This document shows positions 28,045 to 41,253 of a stretch of DNA of 64,000 nucleotides, one piece after another. A program made the position numbers and the translations under genes. The stretch lies in the NCBI RefSeq assembly GCF_009914755.1, contig NC_060927.1; one strand, 5' to 3'. How positions within the stretch are numbered: position 1 is the stretch's first letter; the number at the start of each line of letters is the position of its first letter. The notes beneath the pieces were generated by a model that saw nothing but the letters and a program-made list of their open reading frames with translations, ran no database searches and had not been told where the DNA came from. This DNA comes from the human T2T-CHM13v2.0 reference genome, Homo sapiens.

Positions 28045-29484
28045 ACTGCATACATTATTGTTGTTATTATTGCATTCAACCTTATAATCGCCAGTCCCAA
28101 AACAATTCCGCTGCTTGGATATGTCAATACCTCTATGACTCAACAGATCTAAACTTAATGTATCCCATAAGCTAACCTTCCTCCTAAATTGGTATTTTCA
28201 TCATCTTTCCAAATATACTTATTTGATAAGACTTTATCTCATCTATCATATTGACCTTTTATATCGATGAGGAAACAATCAGAGCGTTTATGTGGGTTGC
28301 CAATGGACACACAGTGATTAGAGAGAAGTGAGCTGATTTCAGGACTGAATTCAGAGCTGTTTTTTTCCCTCCGCTGCTGCAGTTTCCTGTTACTTTTTAG
28401 TGTTACACAATTGCAATAGGTCATCTACCTTAGTCATCCTTTAACTTTGAGTGAATAACTATAAGAATTACACATATTTTTCATCTTTTGCATTGACAAA
28501 GCATCCAGTCTAACAAAATCTCTCCCATGGCCTTGTAATAAAATGTGCTTTAAAATAAGTACCACACAACCATTCATTTTGGGATATGAAGTAAACATAA
28601 TGTTGGTACCTGCTGAGTAAATTGTTTTTCTTAATGCTATGTCTTTGTTACTTTTCTCCGGTAAACCCAAAGGTTGATGTACTTTAATGCAATGATGCTA
28701 ACCAAATGCACAAGTAAATGACAAATGCAAAGCACACTGCTAAGTGGTACACATGCATTGTCTTGTACTAGAATACAGTTACCTCCCCCACAAGACTAAG
28801 CATTCTCCCCATAAACTTCTTTCCTATTTAAAGAGATTAGTTGCATTGATACCTAAAACTTATTTGTTATCTAACACATAAACAAAATCTGTTACTTACA
28901 CAAACACCACCTTTCCGATATACACACACACATACATACCTAAGTCTCACAATGTAATGCTTGGGAAAGTAAAAATAATTAGCTCTACATATCACTCATA
29001 GTGGCTTTATTGTTCCTTGTGAAATCAACATTTAAGCATTTGAGACAAAGCCCACTTTATGCAAGGACTGAATTAGTACGTTGAATTGTGTGTTGGACTA
29101 GAGTTTCTTGGGTTTAATTAGAGTGTTTTTTAGAGTTTTTGAGGTTTTTTTCTAGTAAAGCATAAAGCTCCAAGAGTAACAATTTGCTGGCAAAATGAAA
29201 ATACTCTCATGCCTATCCTAGATCCTAGATGTTACAGACCAGAAAAATAATGTTTTAAAATGATAGAATAAATACTCAAAACAAGAGACTGGAACCAAAA
29301 TGATGCTTTGCCAGAGGGTCTGATTTCTACCCCTTCCCATTTCTTCTGAATCCGTCTCTCAAAGGTCTGCAATGACCTGAACACAAAATGCCCTTTTGTC
29401 CTCAGACCTCATTTTCTCTCCCTCTGAGATGGTACTGCATACTGTTTACAAGTCCCTTTCTCTTTAAACCCTCTCTTTTATACA

Positions 29485-29592
29485 TTAGTTCATTCCTAGA
29501 ATGTCCTATATCAAGATGTTCTATGTGCCAGGCACAATGTTAGGTGTTAGGAATACAACAGTGAACAAAACAGGCAAAAATCTCAGCTTTCC
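29485..29592 (-). mobile_element. L2 3'-end fragment, within older + strand L2-like sequence (~29300-30480)
   Basis: 'ctatgtgccaggcacaatgttaggtgttaggaatacaacagtgaacaaaacaggcaaaaatc'. Confidence 0.7.
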
Positions 29593-31019
29593 CAAGCACT
29601 GTTTTGCCCTTTTAAACATCTTCAATGTACTTGCCCCTCCAAGTTTCTACCCTTGGCCTCCTCTTTTCACTTGGTGCTATCTACCAATTTCACCTCATTC
29701 CTCCATTCTGTCATTTCTCAACGTTTCCTTTCTGCAAAAGATACTCAGAATTACATCCATATGTCCTTCATCTCTCAATATTCTCCACGTTCAAAATGGT
29801 GCCAATGTTTAGATACAGCTGCACCTCTGTAACTCAACTGAAATGAGTTCCAAACTGAACTTTTCCCCCATAAATTAAGCTTCTTGCAAAGAAAGTTTCT
29901 ATTTCTGTTATCTTTCCAAATACCCATGTATAAGAGGACTCTGTCTCTTGTCTGCCGTATCTCATCATGTCTCATAGTTTTGGTTCTGTATCTGTGATAA
30001 CATTAGAATTCATTTTCATTCTCTAGCCACATTTTGACTAATTTAATATTTTCCGGAGTAACTTTCCTATCTAAAATTGTTCATTTTTCCAGTCCAATCC
30101 ATGCTTTTTGCACAATGAATCATAGTCTGATAATTTTCGCAGGCTTCTCAAAAGCCTTCAGCTGCTTCTTGTGATTTAATAGATAAATGTCTGGCCTTCC
30201 AATCAAGACCTTCTCTGGAGGATCTCTTTCTGGCTTCTCCTCACAACTTCCATATTCCACCATCTGGTGACATAAAACTACTCACCTATTATCCATAAAG
30301 GGCCCATGTATTCTACTTCTAATTGTAGTAATTTCATTGTTCCTCTAAGCTGGAATGTCAGATTTCCTACTCTCTTCATTAAAATTATCCACGTATACTA
30401 TAGTAAAGATAGTATCCTCCCATAAAGATTTTCATAATTTTCCTAAATTACAAGTCATCTTTCCTTTTAAATTAATAATATCTATAGAATCTATGTTAAG
30501 ATTATAATATCATCTACTCAATTGGACTAGAACCATGCACCTACATTTGAAAAATAATTCATTTAATGGATTTGGAAGAATATATGAAGAAAAAGGCACA
30601 AAATGAGAAGTACAAGAAATCAGAATCCTGATGCCAAGATTACACCAAAAATTTCATATTTTTGCTTTTATCATTAGTGTCTATTTCTATTGCTACCACT
30701 CTCATGTGGCAGAGACCATAATTAATGGTAAGATGTCCTAATATATCTAGGACCAAAAAAAATTGAATTTCCAGTGAAACTACCTTTGCTGAACTAATCA
30801 GAACCCATGACACTGCTTATGGAGTTTCTAAATAAATCTACTTTCAACGACACGGCAATGACCTTAAAGTGTTACTGCAGAGAAAAGGATTTCCCGAGAC
30901 CCACTGAGGAACGGTACTATTTCCTATCATCTTTAAAAATGGAAATAGCCTTACTGATATATACTATCAAGTTATTACCTATTTACTGTAAATAAAAATC
31001 TGAAAATACCTAAAATGTG

Positions 31020-31760
31020 AAGATAGAAGTGAAAATTATCTATAATCTCACTAGGCTGCTATAATCACTGTGAAGATTTGATATCTCTTTCTAGGATATT
31101 TGTTCTGCAAATACATACATAAATATTTTAAAAAATAAATGAGGTCTAACAGTACATGCTAATGTGGACCCTGCCTTTTTCACATAAACTATATTAGGAG
31201 CATATTCTCCTATCAGTATATACATTTAAACCTGCATCTTCACGTTCACACACTTACAGTGTATGACAACCCACAATTTAATTACTCATCTATCCATTAA
31301 CGAACATTTAAGAGGTTTATATTCCCTTTCAAAACTTTTTCTTTAAATTCAGCTATTAAAACACTTCACTAAACACCTTGAACACTCATACTAGAAGGAT
31401 GAAATATGAAAGTATAGAGATTTGATTCTTTAAGAGATTTGATCGGTTATTTCTTTCCCAACTAATCTAAATAATCTTGGTAGCTTACGATGGACACATT
31501 GTTATGTGCTTACTGACCATTTCAGGGTTTTTTTTTTTTTCTTTCCTTTTATAATTGCTTATCCTTGTGCATAGCTTTTTCTTAGAGGGGTTATTCTCTT
31601 TTTCTACTTGATTTACAAAAGCTCCTTATAGTGTCATTACTAATTCATTTTATTGCATATATGTTTATCATTTGACTCTTAATTTGTTAATAGCAAAGCT
31701 ATGGATAAATATGTTGTCATATAAGTGCTTTAATTTCAAACCAGTTATATCTCCTAATCT
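31020..31760 (-). mobile_element. Ancient L1ME-like 3' fragment
   Basis: 'ccctgccttttt cacataa', 'ccacaatttaattactcatctatccattaacgaacattta', 'tgcttactgaccattt'. Confidence 0.55.
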
Positions 31761-31766
31761 TATACA

Positions 31767-32070
31767 TTTTTTTTTCTTTTGAGACAGTCTCACTGCTCCC
31801 AGTCTGGAATGCAGTGGCGGGATCAAGGTTCACTACAGCCTCGACCTCCCAGGCTCATGTAATCCTCCCACCTCAGCCTTCCAGGCAGCTGGGACTACAG
31901 GCACGTATCACCATGCTCAGCTAACTTTTTTTGGGGGAGGGGGCGGGAGTGGGGGAGATGGAGTTTTGCCATGTGGCCGAGGCTGTTCTCCAACTTCTGG
32001 GCTCAAGCAATCCTCCCACCCTAGCCTCCCAAAGTGCTGGGGTTACAGGCATGAGCTACCATGCACGGCT
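31767..32070 (-). mobile_element. AluJ with a G-rich replacement of the middle linker
   Basis: AluJ diagnostics 'ggctcaagcaatcctcccacc' and 'cagcctcgacctcc'. Degenerate TSD AATCTTATACA / AACCTTACAC. Confidence 0.9.
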
Positions 32071-33081
32071 AACCTTACACTTGAAGGTTTGCCCTGATGC
32101 CACCCTTAGAACAACTTTCCTTATGATTTCCCTGATTAAGCCATATAGTATTCATTTTGGTATAAAGTGCAGGGGAGAATATATCTTTGTTTCTCTCCAA
32201 ATGATTAGCAAATTGCATCATATTTATTATTATACTAACCCAATCTTTCTCATTCTAGTTTAAAAATATATATTTAGCCCCTTTGTCAGCTATCAATAGA
32301 GCTGTTACTTATAGTGGCACAGATACTGGAATGTTGTTATTTTATCTTTATAATACACTATAATATCTAATAGGGCAAATATCCTCACCTCCGTGAGAGA
32401 TGGGATGCCATCTCCCCTAAGTCTTTTTGCTTGTTTCCAGATTTTTTGTATCTATTTTGTTCTACAGTTGACCATCAACTTTTCAGAATGAGAACTTCTG
32501 ATTAGTACCCTCAAGTAGAACTATGCCTCGTGATCCTACATCAACCAAGACTATGATACTGACCAAAATGCCACTTTATTAATTTTTAATTAAAAGTTAT
32601 TGTCAGAGGTATTAGAATAATTCACATTCTTTAATCAGCAGATTATCTTACTATGGTTAAGTCAATGATTTCTTTTCAATGAGAAATTTTCATCTTAATT
32701 ATTTAAACTCCATTAACTTCATTCTCTCCTTTTATGCAGTACATGGGAAATTATGATTGGAAAATTTCCTAGTGAGCAGAGAATCAGATGATGATGACAT
32801 AAATACATAAAAATGGTGAATTGAATCAGAGTTACCTTGATGCATCCATTACCCAATACAGATGGTCGAAGCGATGGAATGAGAATACTTGGAGTGTGTG
32901 GCACAATGTTCACTGGACAATAGACAATGAATGCTTAGATGGGCACTGGTGATATTAGCTGTGGTATTAAATCTGTGCTTCTTTGTCAAGTAAGACTTCC
33001 AGTGGGTTCATTCATCAAACAGCCCAGTCTTGCTATTTCAGTGAGTGTTTTCTCTTTGTATGGTTTTGCTCACATAAGATT

Positions 33082-33232
33082 TAGTCCCTTGCTACTCAAA
33101 CATGATCTATTGACCAGCAGCATCAACATTATTTAGGAGTTTGCTAAGCTGTCAAGTGCCACCCCGTATCTACTGAATCCAAATCCACGTTCTCAAGTGA
33201 CTCATTTGCACAGTAAAGTTTGAGAAACACTG
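33082..33232. mobile_element. MER5A-like hAT-Charlie MITE
   Basis: 'gctactcaaa...accagcagcatcaacatt' and the terminus 'aaagtttgagaaacactg'. Confidence 0.7.
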
Positions 33233-33448
33233 ACTATTCCATAACGAATTGATCTTATAGTTTAACATCCAAAACAATAATCATAAATCCCTAGTTTCAG
33301 ATTCATAGGAGCACCTTACTGTGACCTCCATGTTATGACAATAGTAAGTACCATGGTTTGTGAATAATAAATAGCAGTAACCCTTATTTAATAGTGAAAA
33401 TGCAAACAGCCATTTATACCTAGCAACAGGTCCTGCATTCTAGTTACC

Positions 33449-33818
33449 TGGTATGGTTAGGCTTTGGGTCCCCACCCAAATCTCATCTTGAATTGCAATC
33501 CCCAGGTATTGAGGGAGAGACCTGGTAGGAGGTGATTGGATCATAGGGGCAGTTCCCCCCTGCTGTTCTCATGATAGTGAGTGAGTTCTCACAAGATCTG
33601 ATGGTTTTATTAGTGTTTGGTAGTTCCTCTCTTGCTCACCTCTTCTTTGTCCTGAAGCTTTGTGAAGAAGGCCATGTTTACTTCCCCTTCCATCATGATT
33701 GTAAGTTTCCTGAGGCCTCCTCAGCCATGTGAAACTGTGAGTCAATTAAACTTCTTTCCTTTATAAATTACCCAGTCTCACATATTTCTTTAGAGCAGTG
33801 TGAAAACAGACTACTACA
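33449..33818 (+). mobile_element. THE1D-like solo LTR
   Basis: TG...CA termini, 'ccccacccaaatctcatcttgaattg', and a perfect 5-bp TSD TTACC (33444-33448, 33819-33823). Confidence 0.9.
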
Positions 33819-36339
33819 TTACCCTTTCGAGTTATGGTATAAAAACATTGTCAGTGTCAAGAAAATGATGACAATTCGCAATTGTTCCATGTTTGTACAT
33901 TTTTTCTTATTTCTCCTAAAATAGTTTAAGATTCTCATTTTGCATTTCATGTCAAGTTCTGAAGTTGTCATATTCCACTGTACAGCTTTCCTAAGCTTTG
34001 TGTGACTAATCCAACATATGTGACAACATTGGTTTCATGTTTAATAAGTTCTTAAGTCCTTAAAAAAGGGGAGAAAATAATAGCTAAAGAAAGCAAGTCT
34101 TCTAGAGGAGAAAATGACATGATTCTTAAATAAGGTTTTGCTAGAGTAACGTCTGTGTTATTTAGTGGATCTGGGACTCAGAAATTCTGCCAAAGAATTC
34201 TTTGTCTCTCTAATTCACTTGGTTAGCTTTCAGAAATGCTAACAACTATTGACTAGACTTTCACAGTATGTCAGTCTTTCCAAATGAAGAAAATGGAGGG
34301 AAAGTGAGCTGAACGTGTTCTTTGCCTAGGGATGACTGTAGGATGTTTATTGACCAGTTATGTCATTAATCACTTTTTATTTCAACTGACTAAGTTCTTC
34401 TATGGTGTATGAGTTAAAAGCTAAAGTTGCTTAAAAGTATTGAGAGAAGGAAAAGAAAACAAGAAAAATACCTAGAGGTGCTGTGCAGTTGAAGCTATTT
34501 CTGTCCTTACAGAGTAAAGCAAATTATTTCAAAGTGTTCAAGAAATATAGGTGCCATGGATTTTCTGCAAAAATACAGGCACAGAAATCAGAGACTTTTG
34601 CAAACACTACACTTTGAACTGCCAAAACAAAAACAGCCACATGGCAACATCCTTGTCCTTTTATTATTGTCAGTGAATCTAGCCTTGAAGAAAAAGTGTC
34701 AGGTAAAATTCCAAGGGCCATCTGCGACATCACAACAGGGCTTTAGGGTAGAAGATAGATAGCAGTTCTGTGGATACAAGATCCCTATATAAGTTCTCTC
34801 ACATTGGATACCATATCTAACCCAACTTCATTAAACTCCATGAAAAGCATTGTGATTTGCGCATAGTAAGTGCTTGAATAATATTTTGTTGTAGGAAGAA
34901 GAAAGAATGAGCAAGGAAGGGGGTTAACATGTTCTGTTAAATAAATGGGAGTGTTCCTTGTAATATGAGAATCTCATTTTTACTTCCAAGACCCGTCCTT
35001 GTTCCCAGACACTGTCAACTTTCTCAGTTGTTCACAGTTAATAGAGACTATTGACAGAGAATCATAGAAAAGCTTATTGATATCATGAAGCTCACTGAGG
35101 TTGAAGAGCAAAATAATGAAATATCTCAAATCCTCTCAAAGGAGCAAAGTTATAAAAAGCTTCATATAGAGATGAAGATCACCCTCTCACCACATTGCAC
35201 GATTTTCTTTAAGCTCTGCACATAACCGCCAACTTCCTCCTGCCCCTATCAATAGCCATGATTGTGGGATACAGAATGAGCCCGACTGCGAAAATGAACT
35301 TTTCACTGAGTTCAGGATGTTTTTCCTGATGGTCTCACTTGATAGCTTCATCTTTTTGTTTTATGTCTTCTTGGCATATTTATGTTACCCAGAACCTCCC
35401 CATTAAGGTTCCAAAATTCTCCAGAGGGATGTGGGCACTCCCATTTCCTTAGAATTAGGAAAGTTATATTGTGTTCTCCTCCATATCCTCATAGCCAGTA
35501 AAAAAAAGTTAAATAAATTAAAAATTACAAAAATGAAGCCCACATTTAAAATAACTTGAATTAAAGGAATGTAACTCTATGTAACTCTAACCATAAAAAA
35601 AGACAGATGAAATGTTGTAAGGCTGAAGAACGTATCAATAGCAAATAAATTAACCAACAAAGGATACTAACTCAAGGTTAATAAAAAGAAGTAGAAATGT
35701 CATGTATTAAGGGAAGGTTCTTGACCTATGCATACCTAATGTTCATTTTTGCAGAAGTAAACTTTTTTAGATTACTTATTTTTATGAATAACTTTAATAA
35801 TACACACTAAGTTTTGAAAAGTAGTAAAACCTAAGAATAACCATAAAATTCTACTTAGCTTTTAGTCACTCATTTATTTCTATCATGGCTAGTACAAAAC
35901 TTGCCTCTTGTATTTATGATAATACTTTCTCAGTAACTTAAAGCCTTTCAGCATTTATGAAAACAAATCATCGATTTAGAGCTACGAGCATGCTATGCAC
36001 AGAGGCCAGGTTTTTGCAATTTAATTCTGCAGACGTGGTCTTCATCAACATATTATACACAACTATTAAGTGACTCGGTGTTTTCTTAACAATGTACTAA
36101 TGATCAAAGTTGTTATAATGTCATTTCTTCCACTTCGTGTCACCAGAATTGGAAAGATTTAAATTGTGCATGAACGAATATCACCTACACTATTGGAAGT
36201 TGGTTAATCAGATGTCCACTCTTGGTACCTTATCCCATGGAATGCCCACCATAACCCAATATAATGCTCTCACAGATTAATGTTCACACAGATGCTTATG
36301 CCATGACCTTCAGAACCTCAGACTGTTTACCTACCTGTA

Positions 36340-36683
36340 TGTGGTAGACAATGCTAGCTCTCACCAATGTTTTTAATTCTAGTATATCAAAAGTCCATTT
36401 CCCAGAAACATTGCAGTGCCTGATTCTAGAAAATTGGCTGGGAATGGCAGTATGTAGATGTCAATATGTGTCTCTCCAAGGTCCTCTTTTCCTGCCACAG
36501 CAAAATGTGACAGTCTCCTGCAAAATGGAGATGGTACAAACCTACAATGTTGAGTACCACATGGCAGAGAGTCGCCCTGGAGAGTTACCCAGACCCAGAC
36601 TGTGAAAAAGATTTTTCAATTGTCTTAAGCCACTGAGATTTTGGTGATCACCCCAGTGCAACCTAGATTTTCCTGACTAAAAC
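36340..36683 (+). mobile_element. Old MLT1 (J/K-like) LTR remnant
   Basis: 'ccacatggcagagagtcgccctggaga', 'ttgtcttaagccactgagatttt', terminus 'tcctgactaaaaca'. Confidence 0.6.
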
Positions 36684-38017
36684 AGTAATACAAATCTTTT
36701 ATTTTACTATGTTATATTCTTATATCTATTCCCATAATGACAGACTTCTGCAGAGTAACTTGCTGGGATTTCCAGAATAGTCTGTCTTGATAGAACATAA
36801 ATTTCCTCTTATATGAAGGTAACTCTTTCATCCCTGACCTCTTTTCTAGGCTCTCAGCAGTTGAGATAACCTGCCCAAATTGGAAGAATATTACAATCAG
36901 AAGGGGGAAGACATATCTGGGTCCTAAACTGTGAGATGTGAATATTTCAGAAATATTTCTGAATATTTCTATTCACATACTGACATGAGGGTCTTTTCCT
37001 TTGTCCAAGTAGGATTTTTGAGTTGAACATTTTACTGATATTGTTCTAACATAATTTTCTGCCTACTTGTGCTCTGCTGCAAAAATGGGTCACTCCCTAG
37101 GAACTCTAAGTTGAACCCTCTTTACAGCGTTTGATATTAGCAATCGGCTATTCCCTGCTTCTGTGACAGTATGACAGGTTTATTCTGGGATGATAAATTG
37201 AACGAGTTCATCCGTATTTCACACACAAACCCCTAATGAAAAGGTTAGCAATTCATTGTTTGAATGGAGGATGGATTGGAGAGAACACGTTTGTGTGTTT
37301 TTGAGGGTGCCTGTGCTTTAGATCCCTCAGGGAACACTCAAAACTGGATGTCAGCATTTATTCTGTGAACTCTTTGGGTGTTTTCTGTTGTTGTTGTTGT
37401 TTAATCATAGCTTAAAAGAAATGGGATTCAGTTAGATCCTATTAGCAATTTCTAGTGACAACCTTCTTTCTCCTTTTTTTCTAAGGCTAAATTGATACTT
37501 AATATAATAATAATTATTTTTTGTATGGGTATGCAGACGTGAATACTGGAAAAGGTTCTTTGAAGAGGAACATGATGCCTATCATTGATCTGAGCCAGGT
37601 AAAATTATCCATAGAATCTTGCTCCCTCTAAACTCTGAAAGGCCATCTATTCCCAAGAAAGATCAGTTGACACGGACTTTTATCCCTGCAGGAGATACTA
37701 GCTTCACAGCCCAAAGAGAGAATTGTTCAGGATCTGGAAAGACGAGACCCTTGCTGTCTTTGTTTCCCTCCGTCCCAGCTTCTAACATTGCAGGCACCTC
37801 ACAGGAAAAAATAGAAAAAGACTTGATCAAGCTCCAGGTATGGAAAGTATTTTCACAATTGTAAGATGAGAAAGATGGGCAAGACTGAAAACACATCCCT
37901 TTAATGTTTAGAAAATGATCTTCCTCTGAGGTTAACCTTTACAATGTTTCCTGCATTTCTCCTCTAGTCTCATACTTGATCTCAGTTTGTATTTACCATG
38001 TTTTTAGCTTTACACAC

Positions 38018-38644
38018 TGTAGTAGGCAGAATAATGGTTCCCCAAAGATGTCCAAGTCCTAATGCTGGAAACTGTTAATATGTTACGCTACTTTGCAAAA
38101 GTAGGACTAAGCAGGTAGGATAAAATTAAGGACTTTGACATGGAGAGATTATCCAGGATTATTTCCTTGGGTCCAGTCTAACCACACGGGTCCTTACAAT
38201 TTCAGAATCTTTCCTGGCTATGGCGAGAGAGTAATCTGACTACGGAAAAACTGCCAGAGACAGGCAACATCTTTCCTGGCTATGGTGAGAGAGTAATCTG
38301 ACTACGGAAAAACTGCCAGAGACAGGCAACATCTTTCCTGGCTATGGTGAGAGAGTAATCTGACTACGGAAAAACTGCCAGAGACAGGCAACATTGCTGT
38401 CTTGGAGACAGAGGGAGGAGGCCATGAGAGAAAGAATATGAGAGGTTTGTAGGAAGCGGAATTGGCAAGGAAACAAATTTTTTCCTAGAGGTTCCAAAAA
38501 GGAACCAGCCCTGACATCTTGATTTCAGACCAGTGAGGCCTATATGCGATTCTGAATTACAAAACGATAACATGATAAAACTGTGCTGCCTTAGGCTACT
38601 GTGTATGTGGTAATTTGTTACATCAGCAATAGAAAACTAATACA
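38018..38644 (+). mobile_element. MLT1D-like solo LTR containing a 62-bp tandem triplication
   Basis: TGTAGTAGGCAGAATAATGG...AAAACTAATACA termini. TSD CACAC / TACAC. Confidence 0.88.
38207..38394 (+). repeat. Minisatellite, 3 x 62 bp
   Basis: Units start at 38207, 38269 and 38331. The only difference is C at 38224 versus T in the other two units. Confidence 0.97.
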
Positions 38645-38894
38645 TACACCAAAACTGTGCAAATGAGTTCTTATTATTGTATCTTGAAAACATCGTCCTT
38701 TGGGTTATCTATTTTGGTTAGTTATTTAGAAGATGAGATTCCAGTTTACCAGATTCCAAAGCCTATGTTTATTTCTTTTTGTTTTTGTTTTCCCTACTTT
38801 ACCGTGTTGTGTCTCATTTGGTATACAAAATTAATCATGCATTGGTTTCAATAAATTAAGCATCATCATCCAGATCTGACACATTTGATCAGAC

Positions 38895-39140
38895 AGCGAA
38901 GCAGCATAATGCTCAGGTGAAGAGAAGGAGATTTTGAATGTGGCAGATTCCTCTAGAATTCTGGCTCTGCCAATTACTATCTCTATGTCATTTGGCCACT
39001 CAACTTCTCTGAACTTCAGTTTTTTCATCTGTAAAATGAAAATAATATTTGTAGCTGTTTTGTAGGGTGTGAGAATTACTGCCTTAATCCATGCTTTTGA
39101 GAATTCTTAGCACACAGCGCTTAATAATGCTAATTGTTTT
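38895..39140 (+). mobile_element. MIR
   Basis: 'ctcaacttctctgaacttcagttttttcatctgtaaaatgaaa'. Confidence 0.75.
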
Positions 39141-40319
39141 TATGGTGGTGGTTATATGTCATTATGATTCGAGTCATGTCCCACACATAAGCAAATAAAA
39201 GGAAGATCATTTTGATTAGTCACAGTTTTGTGGCCTCAGTGTGGATTCTCTTTTTCAAAAACGGCTTTTCCTTTTATGCTGTCTGATCAGCGTTTTATGA
39301 GTCTCCAGATCACCCCCTCTGGGTGTTCACAAGTTATTTTATGTTCACCATCCTCCTTTCCCATCACAAACCTTGTGTTCCCAGTTTCTGAAAGATTCCA
39401 TGCTTTACCCTAAATATCTGATAATTGACTTGCAAAGAACTGCTACTTCTTAGTGAATCTCCACCCACGCAGGTAAAACCAGAACCCTCTATTAACACAA
39501 CCCTTATGATGTCTTTCTCCTATTTTGTACAGTTATCTCGACCACAAACGATAACCAGGGCCCTTGTAACATTACAACAGAATTACAACCATCCTGAAAA
39601 ACTTATGGGAAAAACGCCTGATTCCTCTCAGGGACAAATAAATCCCAGACTCAGGACAACTTTCCTCACTTTGATCAGCATGGGAAATTTTTATCATGGA
39701 AAAGCCAAACATCATTTCTGTGAGGAGTTAGAGACTCTCTAGACCTGACTTCTGTTTTAAAATCATATTAACAGATTCCTTTGACAGTCTCAGGATGTGA
39801 TCCATTTATTAAAAGTCTGTTATCATTGTGGAGTGCAATGATTAGCAAAGTCTTTGTAGCTAACAGGAGACAAAGATATCAGTGTGATGGCAAATTTAGA
39901 GAGCTGTGAACTTATTCTGGTTTTCCTTGTGGCAGGGCCCAAGAGCGCTTCCTTCTCTCCCCTGCTATTTAATTACATCCATCTCATACCAATTGTGAAA
40001 TTTGGGCTGCAGAACAATTATACTTTTGCTGGTTAGGCCAGGCTGTATTTCGTCAAAAAAAAATTTAATATAGTAATCTGAGTTCTGTCTACAGCAAAAA
40101 ACTAAGCTTTAATAATCACAGAAAAAAAAAGAAAGAAAGAAAGAAGAAAATAGGTAGGCTTCTGCGCAAATCCCATTTTTTATAAAAAGAGATCTACTGG
40201 GAACTTTCTGCTCCCTTGTTGGCTTCTAGATATGAAGTTTCTAAGAAAGAGTAGGAATGATCTTTGGAAGAATGTAAGGAAAATGAGTTTATTGGTCAAT
40301 GCGTTAAACCTGTAAAATG

Positions 40320-40530
40320 GAGATATTTGGCATGCTGGCCCAAAGAACTTGAATTTGAATCTTTACAACACTACTTAGAAACTGTGATTTTAGAAAACTT
40401 AAATACCTTTTATGGGTTTCAGTAATTTCATCTGTAAAGAGAAAAATACTACCTGCTCTATTCAACAGGGGTGGGAGAATACAATAATACAATGACCAGG
40501 AAAGTATTTTATGAAATATAAAGTAGTCAT
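40320..40530 (+). mobile_element. MIR
   Basis: 'ggtttcagtaatttcatctgtaaagagaaaaatactacct'. Confidence 0.55.
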
Positions 40531-40749
40531 TTAATTTGAGGGTTTTTTTTTTTTTACTACATGTAAAAATAAATATCCTATTTCTGGAACTGAAAGAGAC
40601 ATTTTAGGTTATCTAGACTTAATCCTTAATTTCACAGTGCAAGAAATCTATCTAGAGATGAGATGAGTCAACCAGGTTTGGAGAATGAGTCAGTGGCAGA
40701 AGGATACAAGCACATTTACATTTTTAGCTAAAAGACACAAGCTCTGTCA

Positions 40750-41100
40750 CTTACTACAGGCAGAAATAATAATTCCCAATTCATTTGGTAAAGCCAGCAT
40801 TGCCCCAATAACAAAAAAATTACAAGAAAACTACGGACTAATAACTTTATTGAATACAGACACAAAAATCCTGAACAAAATGTTAGCAAATCAAACTCAG
40901 CAATATGTTAAAAGGATAACAAAAACCAAGTAGAGTTCATGCAAGTAACGTAAGGTTGGTTGAACATTTACAAATCAGTCAATGTAATTCATCATATTAA
41001 CAGAGTGAAAAACATACAATCATACCAACACATGCAGTAAAGGAATTCGACAAAATTCAAACCCATTCATAACAAAAAAGAAAACCTTTCAAAGAAGTAG
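40750..41100 (+). mobile_element. Old L1 ORF2 (RT-proximal) fragment
   Basis: ORF 40685..40933 contains PNSF.KASI...ENYG.ITLLNTDTKILNKMLAN..QQYVKRI, which is L1 ORF2p. Confidence 0.85.
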
Positions 41101-41108
41101 AGAGAGCA

Positions 41109-41253
41109 GGTGTAATCATGAAGGTGATTTTGGATGAGAGTAACATTTAAATAGGTAGACTTTGAGTAAAGCAGATTGTCCACAATGTGGGAGGGCTACC
41201 TCCAATCACTTGAAGGCTTTAATATAACAAAGACTGACCTCCCCAGGGCAAGC
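41109..41253 (+). mobile_element. Internal MLT2 (MLT2B-like, ERVL) LTR fragment
   Basis: 'taacatttaaataggtagactttgagtaaagcagattg...ccaatcacttgaaggc...ctgacctcccc' matches the MLT2 core. Confidence 0.7.

Noticed and set aside
38207-38394. 62-bp periodic array as a CRISPR-like locus
   Set aside because: The units are identical end to end with no unique spacers and derive from MLT1D sequence.
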